A DNA stretch of 64,000 bases from an uncultured delta proteobacterium (lineage in GTDB: Bacteria > Myxococcota > Myxococcia > Myxococcales > Anaeromyxobacteraceae): the NCBI GenBank assembly GCA_963828255.1, contig CAWHDZ010000040.1, forward strand, positions 32,001-96,000. Direction: 5' to 3'. The notes under the pieces are model-generated. The model ran no database searches, was not told the origin of the DNA, and was given only the letters and a program-made list of their open reading frames with translations. Positions 51,456 to 60,109 of the stretch are shown here, piece after piece. Made by a program: the position numbers and the translations under genes. Positions within the stretch are counted from its first letter, which is position 1. Each line of letters starts with the position of its first letter.

Positions 51456-51785
51456 ATGGCAGCCGAGAGCGTGAAGGACGTGTTCGAGCGGCACATGCCC
51501 GAGAAGCTCAAGGGCAAGCCGGACGTGGTCGCCAAGATCGGCGCCATCTACCAGTTCAACATCTCCGGCCCGAACGGCGGGAACTGGTCGGTGGACTGCA
51601 CCCAGCCCGGCGGGGCGGTCGCCGCCGGCACCTCGCCCGGGGCCAAGTGCACCGTGAACGCCACCGACGCCGACTTCCTGAACATCGTCAACGGAAAGCT
51701 CAACCCCCAGATGGCCTTCATGTCCGGCAAGCTCAAGATCCAGGGGGACATGGGGCTCGCCATGAAGCTCCAGCAGATCCTCTGA
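51456..51785 (+). CDS. SCP2 sterol/lipid-binding protein
   Basis: YQFNISG, LNPQMAFMSGKLKIQGDMGLAMKL. Confidence 0.92.
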   Translation: MAAESVKDVFERHMPEKLKGKPDVVAKIGAIYQFNISGPNGGNWSVDCTQPGGAVAAGTSPGAKCTVNATDADFLNIVNGKLNPQMAFMSGKLKIQGDMGLAMKLQQIL

Positions 51786-51804
51786 GCCGGGCGGCCTGAC
51801 CGGC

Positions 51805-52980
51805 GTGAGCGCACTCCCGCTCCAGGGCCTCCGGGTCCTCGACCTCTCCCGGCTCCTGCCCGGCCCGTACGCCACGCTGGTCCTCGCCGACCTGGGGGCC
51901 GACGTGGTCAAGGTGGAGGATCCCTCCGGCGGCGACTACCTGCGCTGGATGCCCCCCATGGCCGGGGAGCAGTCCGGCTGGTTCCACGCGCTCAACCGCA
52001 ACAAGCGCTCGCTCGCGCTCGACCTGCGGCGCCCGGAGGGGCCGGCTGCCCTGCTGCGCCTGGCCCGCGGCTTCGACGTGGTGGTGGAGTCGTTCCGCCC
52101 CGGGGTGATGGCGCGGCTCGGGGTGGGGTACGACGCGCTCTCGGCCGTGAACCCGGGGCTCGTGCTCTGCTCCATCTCCGGGTACGGCCAGGACGGCCCG
52201 TACCGCGACCGGGCCGGCCACGACATCGACTACGTGGCCCTGGCCGGCGTGCTCTCGGTGAACGGCCCGCCCGAGCGCCCCGTTCCACTGGGGGTGCAGG
52301 TGGCCGACGTGGCCGGCGGATCCTGGCCGGCGGTGGCGGGGATCCTGGCCGCCCTGCTGGGACGGTCGGTCACCGGCAAGGGGGCCTGGGTGGACGTGGC
52401 CATGGCCGAGGGGGCGCTCGCCATGATGGCCCTGCAGCAGGGGGCCGCCGACGCCGAGGGGCGTGCGCTGCGCCGCGGCGGTGAGCAGCTGAACGGCGGC
52501 TCGGCCTGCTACGCGGTCTACCGGGCCAAGGACGGCGGGTTCGTGGCCCTGGGTGCGCTCGAGCCCAAGTTCTTCCGGGCCTTCTGCGATGCGGTGGGTC
52601 GCCCCGAGCTCGGCCTGGCCCAGTTCGACGACGGCGGGGCCGGCCCGCGCGCCGAGGTGGAGGCCATCTTCGCGAGCCGCACCCGGGAGGAATGGGGCGC
52701 CTTCGCCGCGCTGCACGACGTCTGCGTGATGCCGGTGCTCACCGGGGACGAGCCGCGCCGGGACCCGCAGCTCCTCCACCGGGGCAGCTTCGTCGAGGTG
52801 CCGACTCCCTGGGAGGGAAGGGCCATGCCGGGCCTGGCCTCCCCGGTCCGGATCCGCGGGGTGGAGGCGCCCCTGCGCCCGGCCCCCCGGATCGGCGCCG
52901 ACTCGGAGGAGGTGCTCGCCGGGTCCGGGTTCGACGCCGCCGAGATCGCGGCCTTGCGGGCGTCGGGCGCGCTGGGCTGA
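51805..52980 (+). CDS. CaiB/BaiF family III CoA-transferase / alpha-methylacyl-CoA racemase-like
   Basis: LPGP, LADLGADVVKVE, NRNKRS, FRPGVM.RLG, GHDIDY, GALEPKF. Confidence 0.92.
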   Translation: MSALPLQGLRVLDLSRLLPGPYATLVLADLGADVVKVEDPSGGDYLRWMPPMAGEQSGWFHALNRNKRSLALDLRRPEGPAALLRLARGFDVVVESFRPGVMARLGVGYDALSAVNPGLVLCSISGYGQDGPYRDRAGHDIDYVALAGVLSVNGPPERPVPLGVQVADVAGGSWPAVAGILAALLGRSVTGKGAWVDVAMAEGALAMMALQQGAADAEGRALRRGGEQLNGGSACYAVYRAKDGGFVALGALEPKFFRAFCDAVGRPELGLAQFDDGGAGPRAEVEAIFASRTREEWGAFAALHDVCVMPVLTGDEPRRDPQLLHRGSFVEVPTPWEGRAMPGLASPVRIRGVEAPLRPAPRIGADSEEVLAGSGFDAAEIAALRASGALG

Positions 52981-53011
52981 GGCGGCCCCGGTCGTGCGAC
53001 GTTCCGTCGCC

Positions 53012-53041
53012 TTGACAGGACTGGGGCCTCCACTTTAGACA
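53012..53041 (+). promoter_or_regulatory. Putative promoter of the leader peptide / metal uptake operon
   Basis: TTGACA (53012-53017), 18 nt spacer, TAGACA; GTG at 53051 has no SD. Confidence 0.45.
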
Positions 53042-53050
53042 ACCTTCGCC

Positions 53051-53308
53051 GTGCGTCTCCTCGTCGCCATCGCCACCGTCGCCGTCCTCCTCGCGGGCGT
53101 GGCGTCGCCCCACCACCACGCCGGATCGGGTGGCGTGCACGAGTGCGTGTCCTGCACCGTGGGTGGATCGCTCGAGGCCCGGGACGCCACGCCCACGCTG
53201 TTGCCTCCCCCGGTGGTCCAGGTCGCCCAGCCCCCCGCGCCGTCCGCCGATCCGGTGACCGGCTTCCCCATGGGCGCCGTCCCCGGGCAGTCCCCTCCAC
53301 GCAGCTAG
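53051..53308 (+). CDS. DUF2946-like leader peptide (signal/TM segment, HHH, CxxC, C-terminal GQSPP)
   Basis: MRLLVAIATVAVLLAGVASPHHH...HECVSC...PGQSPPRS; architecture of DUF2946 (CruR/CutF-type) uORFs. Confidence 0.75.
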   Translation: MRLLVAIATVAVLLAGVASPHHHAGSGGVHECVSCTVGGSLEARDATPTLLPPPVVQVAQPPAPSADPVTGFPMGAVPGQSPPRS

Positions 53309-53364
53309 CCGCGTCCGTTCCCGTCGTCTCCGGAATCGTCGATGCGCGCCCTGGCGCGTGGAGG
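53294..53364 (+). promoter_or_regulatory. Anti-SD/SD translational attenuator hairpin
   Basis: CCTCCACGC (53294-53302) is the exact reverse complement of GCGTGGAGG (53356-53364), which contains the SD of the next gene. Confidence 0.7.
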
Positions 53365-53372
53365 TTTTACAT

Positions 53373-54476
53373 ATGGTGAATGTCGTGCTGTTGTCGCTGC
53401 TGGCCGCGCAGGTGGCGCCGCCGGATCTCGGTTCGCAGTCCAATCCCTTCCCCACCGGCGGCTACAACGTGGGAATGCCCGGGGGAATCCCCATCGGGAA
53501 GCTCATGCTCATGCCGGAGATCGCGGTCGTGGTCGACGGGGCCCTGGGCTACACCACTCTCTCCACCGAGCAGCAGGAGTTCATCGCCGGGCCCATGCCG
53601 CAGCACAAGGTCTGGCCCATGCTCCAGGAGGTGGAACTGGCCTTCCAGGCCACCGTCGATCCCTACATCCGGGGCGACGTGTTCATCACCATCACGCCGG
53701 AGGGAGTGGAGGTGGAGGAGGCATACCTCAAGACCCTCTCCCTCCCCTGGTACTTCCAGATCAAGGCCGGGCAGATCTATTCTCCGTTCGGGCGGACCAG
53801 CCAGCTGCACCGTCACCAGTGGACCTTCGTGGACCAGCCCGTCTCCATGCAGCGGCTGGTCGGCGCGGAGGGGCTCTCCGGCCCGGGCGGCGACCTTTCC
53901 TGGCTCGCGCCCCTGCCCTGGTTCGCCGAGCTCCACCTGGCCTACCAGGCCACCCGCCCCGGCTTCGACGAGACCGTGCAGCAGCTCACCGGGGTCGGGC
54001 GGCTCATCCAGTACTTCGACCTCTCCGACTCGGCCACCCTCGGCGTCGGCCTCTCCTGGGGGCTCTTCCAGGCCGAGGCTCCGGAGCAGTGGAAGAACCT
54101 GGCCGGGGCGGACCTCTACGTGAAGTTCCGCGACCCTGCATCCCGCTCCTCGGTGGTCCTGCAGGGGGAGATCTACGGGCGGCAGCTCTCCGAGCAGACC
54201 TTCTCGGAAGCCCGCTGGGGCGGTTACGGGCAGGCGGTCTGGCGCATCGACCGGAACTGGGAGGTGGGTGGCCGCTACGACAACGCCCCTGCCCCGGTTG
54301 CCTTCGGGGGAGGGACGCAGGAAACCTGGACGGCGCTCGGGACCTACTACACGAGCGAGTTCTTCCGGCTCCGGCTCCAGCCGTCGCTGGTCCTGCTCCC
54401 GGAGGGGCAGACCGGATTCCAGGGACTTCTCAGCTTCGAGTTCACCATCGGCGCCCACGCGGCGCACCCGTTCTAG
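53373..54476 (+). CDS. Outer-membrane beta-barrel protein associated with metal uptake
   Basis: Signal peptide; QEVELAFQATVDPY, VEEAY, FGR..QLH.H.W.FVDQP motifs; amphipathic beta strands; C-terminal FEFTIGAHAAHPF. Confidence 0.8.
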   Translation: MVNVVLLSLLAAQVAPPDLGSQSNPFPTGGYNVGMPGGIPIGKLMLMPEIAVVVDGALGYTTLSTEQQEFIAGPMPQHKVWPMLQEVELAFQATVDPYIRGDVFITITPEGVEVEEAYLKTLSLPWYFQIKAGQIYSPFGRTSQLHRHQWTFVDQPVSMQRLVGAEGLSGPGGDLSWLAPLPWFAELHLAYQATRPGFDETVQQLTGVGRLIQYFDLSDSATLGVGLSWGLFQAEAPEQWKNLAGADLYVKFRDPASRSSVVLQGEIYGRQLSEQTFSEARWGGYGQAVWRIDRNWEVGGRYDNAPAPVAFGGGTQETWTALGTYYTSEFFRLRLQPSLVLLPEGQTGFQGLLSFEFTIGAHAAHPF

Positions 54477-54485
54477 GAGGCGACC

Positions 54486-55397
54486 ATGAACCACTTCTCG
54501 ACCGCACTGTCCGTCGCCTTCCTGCTGGCATCCTTCGCGACCCCCGCCGGGGCCGCCCTCGACGTTGTCACCACCACCGAGGGGCTCGCCGCGATCTCCC
54601 GGGAGGTCGGGGGGGACAGGGTCAGGGTGACGGCGCTCTCCCGCGGCATCCAGGACCCGCACTTCGTGGACGCCAACCCGTCACTCGCAGTGAAGCTTCG
54701 CAACGCCGACCTGCTGGTGGACGTGGGCATGGACCTGGAGATCGGCTGGCTCCCGCCGCTCGTGACCCAGTCCCGGAACGGCGCCATCCAGCCCGGAGGG
54801 GCCCGCCGCCTCACCGCGGGGACCTTCGTCTCCCCCATGGACCTCCCAACCGGCCCGGTCGATCGGAGCCAGGGTGACATCCACCCCTCCGGCAACCCCC
54901 ACTTCCTCACCGACCCCAGGCGGGCGGTGCAGGTGGCCGCGGCGATCGCCGGGCGCCTCTCCGAGATCGACCCAGGGAACGCGGCGCACTACCGGGAGCG
55001 GCTCGAGGCCTTCCAGGGCAAGGTCGCCGCTGCCGAGAAGGGGTGGAAGGCCCAACTCGCGCCCCTGGCGGGCCGGAGCGTCATCTCCCAGCACAAGACC
55101 CTCACCTACCTGCTCGACTGGGCCGGCATGAGGGCTGCGGGCTACATGGAGCCCAGGCCGGGGGTCGCGCCCCCGCCCTCGCACGTGGCGTCGCTGGCCG
55201 CGGTCGTGAAGTCGGCCGGAGTGAAGGGGGTGCTGGTGGAGAACTACTACGACCGGCGCTCGGCCGATCAGCTCCGGAGCCTCACGGGTGTGAAGGTGAT
55301 CGTGATCCCCGGCGACGTGGGTGGCACGAAGGAGGCGTCCGACTGGGTCTCGTACGTGGACGTTCTCGTGAAGTCGCTCGGCCAGGCGGTACAGTAG
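54486..55397 (+). CDS. Zn/Mn ABC transporter substrate-binding protein (ZnuA/TroA family)
   Basis: Signal peptide, DPHF, HPSGNPH, QH metal-site motifs, EPRPGVAP. Confidence 0.9.
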   Translation: MNHFSTALSVAFLLASFATPAGAALDVVTTTEGLAAISREVGGDRVRVTALSRGIQDPHFVDANPSLAVKLRNADLLVDVGMDLEIGWLPPLVTQSRNGAIQPGGARRLTAGTFVSPMDLPTGPVDRSQGDIHPSGNPHFLTDPRRAVQVAAAIAGRLSEIDPGNAAHYRERLEAFQGKVAAAEKGWKAQLAPLAGRSVISQHKTLTYLLDWAGMRAAGYMEPRPGVAPPPSHVASLAAVVKSAGVKGVLVENYYDRRSADQLRSLTGVKVIVIPGDVGGTKEASDWVSYVDVLVKSLGQAVQ

Positions 55398-55400
55398 GGC

Positions 55401-56165
55401 GTGGCACCGATCATCCGGCTCGACGACGCGTCCCTCGGCTACGGAGGGCACACCTTGCTCTCCGGGGTCACGGTCGCCGTCGAGCCGGACGATTTCCTGG
55501 CCGTGGTCGGCCCCAACGGCGGCGGCAAGACCACGCTGCTCCGCACGCTGCTCGGGGTGCTTCCGCCCGCCGCCGGCAGGCGCGCGGCCGAGAGCCACCT
55601 CCGGATCGGCTACGTCCCGCAGCGGGACCACGTGGACGCCCTCTGGCCGCTCGGCGTGGGGGACGTGGTCGTCATGGGGCGGGTGCCGCTCACCGGGCCC
55701 GCCAGGCGGATGGCGCCCACCGACGTCGATGCGGCCCGCCGCGCCCTCGACCGGGTGGGGCTCGGCGACCTCTGGAGCCGCCCCTTCGGCACGCTCTCGG
55801 GGGGGCAGCGGCAGCGCACCCTCATCGCGCGGGCGCTGGCCGCGGAGCCGCGGCTGCTCGCCCTCGACGAGCCCACAAACGGGATGGACCCCTCGGCCGA
55901 GCTCTCGGCCATGGACCTGCTCCGCGAGCTGCACCGCGCCGGAGGGATCGCGGTGGTGATGATCTCCCACCGGCTGGAGGCGGTGGCGAACTACGCCCGG
56001 CGGCTCGCCTTCGTGGACAAGGACCAGGCGCTCTGGCAGGTGGGGCCCCTCGGGGAGATGCTGCGGCCCGAGGCCCTCTCGCGCCTCTACGGCCGGGACG
56101 TCATCGTGCGAGAGGAGAGCGGTCGGTTCTTCGTCTACCCGGTCGCGGGCGGGGAGGGGCGGTGA
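55401..56165 (+). CDS. Metal ABC transporter ATPase (ZnuC-like)
   Basis: GPNGGGKT, GYVPQ, LSGGQRQR, LDEP, SH. Confidence 0.92.
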   Translation: MAPIIRLDDASLGYGGHTLLSGVTVAVEPDDFLAVVGPNGGGKTTLLRTLLGVLPPAAGRRAAESHLRIGYVPQRDHVDALWPLGVGDVVVMGRVPLTGPARRMAPTDVDAARRALDRVGLGDLWSRPFGTLSGGQRQRTLIARALAAEPRLLALDEPTNGMDPSAELSAMDLLRELHRAGGIAVVMISHRLEAVANYARRLAFVDKDQALWQVGPLGEMLRPEALSRLYGRDVIVREESGRFFVYPVAGGEGR

Positions 56166-57007
56166 GCGCGCTCTCCGCGTTCTGGTCCGCGGCGGTCATC
56201 TGGCGGGACCCGCTGGTGGCCTCGGTGCTGGCCGGGGCGCTCCTGGGTTTCCTGGGCGTGTACGTGGTGCTGCGCCGGGTGGTCTTCGTGTCGGCGGCGC
56301 TCACCCAGCTCTCCACGCTGGGCGTCATCGTCTCCCTGCTCGTGCTCGAGCACCTCGACCTGGAGACCGATCACCAGGAGATCCAGCTCTTCGTGGCCTG
56401 GGTCTTCTCGGTGGGCGGAGGGCTCGTGCTGGGAACGCTGGGCACGGGAAGGCGGCTCCCCGCGGAGGCCGGGGTGGGCATGGCCTACGTGCTGGCCGGG
56501 GCGCTCGTCGTCCTGGGCGCGAACCAGCTGGTCCACGTGGCCCACGACCTCAACACCATGGTCTTCGGCAACGCGGTGGCGGTGCCGTTCCAGGACGTGG
56601 TGATCCTCCTCGTGGTGACCGGCGTGGTGGCGCTGCTCCACACCCTCTTCCGGAAGGAGATCGTCTTCTCCTCCTTCGACCGCGAGACCGCCGAGGCCAT
56701 GGGGGTGAAGGTCCGGCTCTGGGGCGGGGTGCTCTTCTTCACCATCGGCCTCGCCATCCCGGTGGCCGCCCACGTGGTCGGGGCGCTTCCGGTCTTCGCC
56801 TTCCTCACCGTCCCGGCCGCGGCGGCGCTGCTCGCCACCCGGAGGCTCACGGCCGCCTTCGCGCTCGCCACCGTGCTCGGGGCGGTCGCCGCCGGGGGAG
56901 GGTACGTGGCCTCCTGGGTCCTCCAGGTCCCCACCGGGGCGACCATGGTGGTGGTCGCAGGCGCGCTCGTCCTGCCGGCCTGGCTCTGGAAGCGTTTGCA
57001 GGGCTAG
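56162..57007 (+). CDS. Metal ABC transporter permease (ZnuB-like)
   Basis: LGVYVVLRR.VF, FGN, SFD.E.A.A.G, P..AA motifs; GTGA overlap with the ATPase gene. Confidence 0.9.
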   Translation: MSALSAFWSAAVIWRDPLVASVLAGALLGFLGVYVVLRRVVFVSAALTQLSTLGVIVSLLVLEHLDLETDHQEIQLFVAWVFSVGGGLVLGTLGTGRRLPAEAGVGMAYVLAGALVVLGANQLVHVAHDLNTMVFGNAVAVPFQDVVILLVVTGVVALLHTLFRKEIVFSSFDRETAEAMGVKVRLWGGVLFFTIGLAIPVAAHVVGALPVFAFLTVPAAAALLATRRLTAAFALATVLGAVAAGGGYVASWVLQVPTGATMVVVAGALVLPAWLWKRLQG

Positions 57008-57033
57008 ATTCGCGTCGCGCCTGGAGAAAATGC

Positions 57034-57062
57034 TTGACCGAAGCCGGTCGGGCGCATAGATA
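57034..57062 (+). promoter_or_regulatory. Promoter of tRNA-fMet
   Basis: TTGACC-17 nt-TAGATA. Confidence 0.55.
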
Positions 57063-57082
57063 ACCGCACGCTTTCCCACTGC

Positions 57083-57159
<77 letters not shown>

Positions 57160-57167
57160 GTAAAACC

Positions 57168-57201
57168 AGAGGCCTCGTCGGTGCTTACCGGCGGGGCCTT
57201 T
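57168..57201 (+). terminator. Hairpin downstream of the tRNA, between the convergent tRNA and integrase genes
   Basis: AGAGGCCTCGTCGGT-GCTT-ACCGGCGGGGCCTTT, a 15-bp stem including G-U pairs. Confidence 0.7.
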
Positions 57202-57213
57202 GTGCTTCCGACT

Positions 57214-58329
57214 TCACGTTCCGTCAACCGAGACCGAATCGGGACCAGGCGCGGACTCCGTCGCCTGGACCTCCTCGGCCCCCTTCCGGGTGCGGTTCAG
57301 CATCGCGACCGCAGCCTTGAGATCCTGCTCCTCGACGATGTTGTAGCGCTTGAACACTGCCGCGGTCCGGTGGCCGGAGAAGCGGGCCACCACCGACTCG
57401 GGAAGGCCGCTGCGGCGCGCCAGGGTGACGAAGGAGCGCCGCAGGTCGTGGACCCAGACGTCGGAGAGCCCGGCGGCGTCCCGGGCCCTCTCCGCGGCGC
57501 CCTGGATGTCCTGCCAGGGCCTGCCGGTGGCCGGGTTCACGAAGACGAACTCGGCGTGGAGCAGCCGGGGCTGCTCGGAGAGGGACTTCAGCACCCGTTC
57601 GGTCAGGTAGACCACGCGGGGCTCGTCGGTCTTGGTGTCCTCGGCCTCGAGCCGGACGGCGCCGGCCTTGAGGTCGATCTGCGACCAGCGGAGGTTCAGG
57701 ACCTCGCTCTTGCGCATGCCGGTGTCGAAGGCGACGAGCAGGATGGGCCGGAGCCACGCCTCGGCCTTCGCCGAGAGGCGCTGGAAGGCCTCCTCGTCGA
57801 GGACCACCCGCCGCACGTTCGGCACCCGGAGGAGCTTCACGCGGGCGACGGGGTTCTCGGCGAGCCGGCCGCAGGCGGCGGCGTAGTTGAGGAGGCGCTT
57901 CAGGAGCTCCACCTCGCGATCCAGCGTCGCCGGGGACGGTGCCTCGCCGCGCCTGGATGTCTCGGCCTGCCGCTTCATCCGGTACTCCTCGACGTCGCCG
58001 CGGGTGAGGCGCGAGGCGCGCTTGTCGCCGAGGAGGCGCACGAGGTGCGCTCCCCGGCCCACGTCGGACTGCCAGGAGTCGTTGTCGCGCTTCGTGATCG
58101 GCTCGTACTCGGTCCAGAGCTGCCGCACGGTGGCGGTCGGCTCCTTCTTCCGGTCGAAGAACCGGCCCTCGTACGCTTCGGCGAGGAGCTTGTGCTCGAG
58201 TGCCTGTGCCTGCTCGCGCGTGGGGATGCGGCCACGCTTCAGGCGGCGAACCGTGCCGTCCGGCAGCGTGACGTAGGTGTCCACGCGCCAGCGGACCTTG
58301 TTTCGTGCCACGTACTTCGAGACGCCCAT
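57214..58329 (-). CDS. Tyrosine recombinase / phage-type integrase
   Basis: GGAGG SD; catalytic set TGMRKSE (R), TKT (K), HDLRR (HxxR), SGH (H), KRYN (Y). Confidence 0.93.
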   Translation of the reverse strand: MGVSKYVARNKVRWRVDTYVTLPDGTVRRLKRGRIPTREQAQALEHKLLAEAYEGRFFDRKKEPTATVRQLWTEYEPITKRDNDSWQSDVGRGAHLVRLLGDKRASRLTRGDVEEYRMKRQAETSRRGEAPSPATLDREVELLKRLLNYAAACGRLAENPVARVKLLRVPNVRRVVLDEEAFQRLSAKAEAWLRPILLVAFDTGMRKSEVLNLRWSQIDLKAGAVRLEAEDTKTDEPRVVYLTERVLKSLSEQPRLLHAEFVFVNPATGRPWQDIQGAAERARDAAGLSDVWVHDLRRSFVTLARRSGLPESVVARFSGHRTAAVFKRYNIVEEQDLKAAVAMLNRTRKGAEEVQATESAPGPDSVSVDGT

Positions 58330-58367
58330 CGTGTTCCTCCTTTCACGTGGGCAGACGGGCGTCGTCG

Positions 58368-58590
58368 TCATCCCTGCAGGATAGCCGCGGGATCGGACAG
58401 GCGGGAGGGGTGGCGGGCCAGCTCGGCGTCGAGTTCGGCCGCGGTGGAAGCGGAGGCGGCGGGCGCCGAGGCGATGGGCGGGGACGATGCCGCGCCGGAC
58501 GGCCTGGTAGAGCGCGGCCCGCGTCCGGTAGCCCAGGTAGGCGGTCGCCTCGTCGGCGGTCATCCAGGGGGCGTGGTGGGGCGTGGTCAC
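58368..58590 (-). CDS. Excisionase-like HTH_17/AlpA protein; apparent +1 frameshift at ~58439
   Basis: WMTADEATAYLG..TRAALYQAVRRGIVPAHRLGARRLRFHR; removing one G restores ...RAELDAELA...TGA at 58368. Confidence 0.75.
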
Positions 58591-58661
58591 GGCCTCTCTT
58601 CCCCAGGCGACCGCGGGCGGCGGGCCCAGGACGACCTCGTTCAGAAGCCGGTAGAAGGCGT

Positions 58662-59756
58662 TCAGCTCGTCGGTGGGCGTCGCGGCGAGCGCAAAGCGGG
58701 TAGGGCAGGTCTCGGAGTGGACGGAGACCTGCTTCCGCATCGCGCGATAGGTCTCCACGAACAGAGCCTCAGGCCGGTCCGGAGGCGGCGGGCGACCGCG
58801 TCGTCGATGAAGACCGTCCGGCCGGGAGGCCGGGCGGGAACGGGGGCAGCCGAAGGCGGCGCCGGAGCAGGATTCGGCGAACGGGGTGCGGCGGCGGCGG
58901 TCGGAGTGACGCGCCGGGCGAACACGGCGATGGCGCTCGCCAGCGTGAAGGCCCCGGCCGCGAAGCGGGACTCCCTGTTCCGGAAGTGCTCGCGCACGGA
59001 TGCCTCGACCTGCGCCCTCCGTGCCTCGGAGGTGGAGAGCAGAAGCACCTCCGGGACGTACCCGTCGGGGAAGGCGGCCGAGTACCAGGTACCCCGCGGG
59101 TCGGTGGTCGGCGAACCAAAGAAGTAGGTCCCGTAGCGCTCCAGGCGGCGGATGACGTGCTTCCGGCGAGGGTCGGCCGGGGAGAGGGTCGCCACGCCCA
59201 GCTCGGGCTCCACGAAGATGCGCCGCCGCTCACGGGGGAGGTCGAGGATCGCGGCAGGGCGGAGGACGGCCGCCCTGGCGGGGTGAAGGAGATCGCGCAC
59301 CTGGAACCGGAGGGGATCGGACACGCCGCGCCACCGGAAGGGGAGGTCGACGAGGGGCGACACGGGCGACCTGCGCGCGGCCAGGACGAGCGCCAGGAGC
59401 AGTTCGTTCACGGCGAGGACTCGCAGGACGAAGCCGATCGCGGCGGTTGCCAGGAACGGGACGACGGGGCCCGGCGCAAACGGTCCGGCGACGTCCCGTC
59501 CGTGCGGCGTGAGGGTCCAGACGGGGAAGGGGAGCGAGTTCGCCCTCTGGTAGGCGAGCCGCTTCAGGTACGGCTCGCCATCCGGCCCGGAGCCGTCCTC
59601 GCACAGGCGCGCGAGACGGCGAGACGTGACCGCCTTGTCGGAGTCGGGCGCGAGGAGGCGGTGGGCCTGGGCGCCGGTCACGTACCGGGCGACGGCCAGG
59701 TAACCGAGGAGCGCCCGGTCGCGGTCGGTGAGAACCATGCCCTTCTGGCGCGGCAC
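58662..59756 (-). CDS. Replication-relaxation (Replic_Relax) family protein; 3' end frameshifted/uncertain
   Basis: wHTH LTDRDRALLGYLAVARYVTGAQ..RL...SRRLARL...WTLTPHG, then LAVNE...LRPAA...FVE...LERY. Confidence 0.7.
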   Translation of the reverse strand: MPRQKGMVLTDRDRALLGYLAVARYVTGAQAHRLLAPDSDKAVTSRRLARLCEDGSGPDGEPYLKRLAYQRANSLPFPVWTLTPHGRDVAGPFAPGPVVPFLATAAIGFVLRVLAVNELLLALVLAARRSPVSPLVDLPFRWRGVSDPLRFQVRDLLHPARAAVLRPAAILDLPRERRRIFVEPELGVATLSPADPRRKHVIRRLERYGTYFFGSPTTDPRGTWYSAAFPDGYVPEVLLLSTSEARRAQVEASVREHFRNRESRFAAGAFTLASAIAVFARRVTPTAAAAPRSPNPAPAPPSAAPVPARPPGRTVFIDDAVARRLRTGLRLCSWRPIARCGSRSPSTPRPALPALRSPRRPPTS

Positions 59757-59773
59757 GGCGGCCCCCAGTCCCT

Positions 59774-60109
59774 TCAGCGACGCTTCCGGGCCGGCTCGTC
59801 GGGGGTGTCGAAGCCGGGACCCTTCTCGCGCACATCCAGGCTGCGCTGGAAGAGGAGGTGGAGGACGTACTCGTAGCGCTCCATGCGGAGTGCCTTCCGA
59901 TCGGCCTCGAGGACGGAGGAGGCGGCAGCCGGGAGGCCGAACCAGTTTCGAACCCCTTCGAGCCAGCGGGAGACGTGGGCGGTGAGGTCCCGGCCTGCGC
60001 GGTTCGCCTCGTCCTTGTGGAAGGCGACGAGGTCGCGCGGGAGGCGGAAGGTCTGCATGACCTTCTCGGTGGTGGTGAAGGGTTCGTCGTCGGGGCGCGC
60101 CGTAGGCAT
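59774..60109 (-). CDS. Small tandem ribbon-helix-helix-like DNA-binding protein
   Basis: KVMQTFRLPRDLVAF.K.EA...GRDLT..V..WL followed by a second WFGLP.....LEADRKAL..RYEYV repeat; ACAGGAG SD. Confidence 0.65.
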   Translation of the reverse strand: MPTARPDDEPFTTTEKVMQTFRLPRDLVAFHKDEANRAGRDLTAHVSRWLEGVRNWFGLPAAASSVLEADRKALRMERYEYVLHLLFQRSLDVREKGPGFDTPDEPARKRR

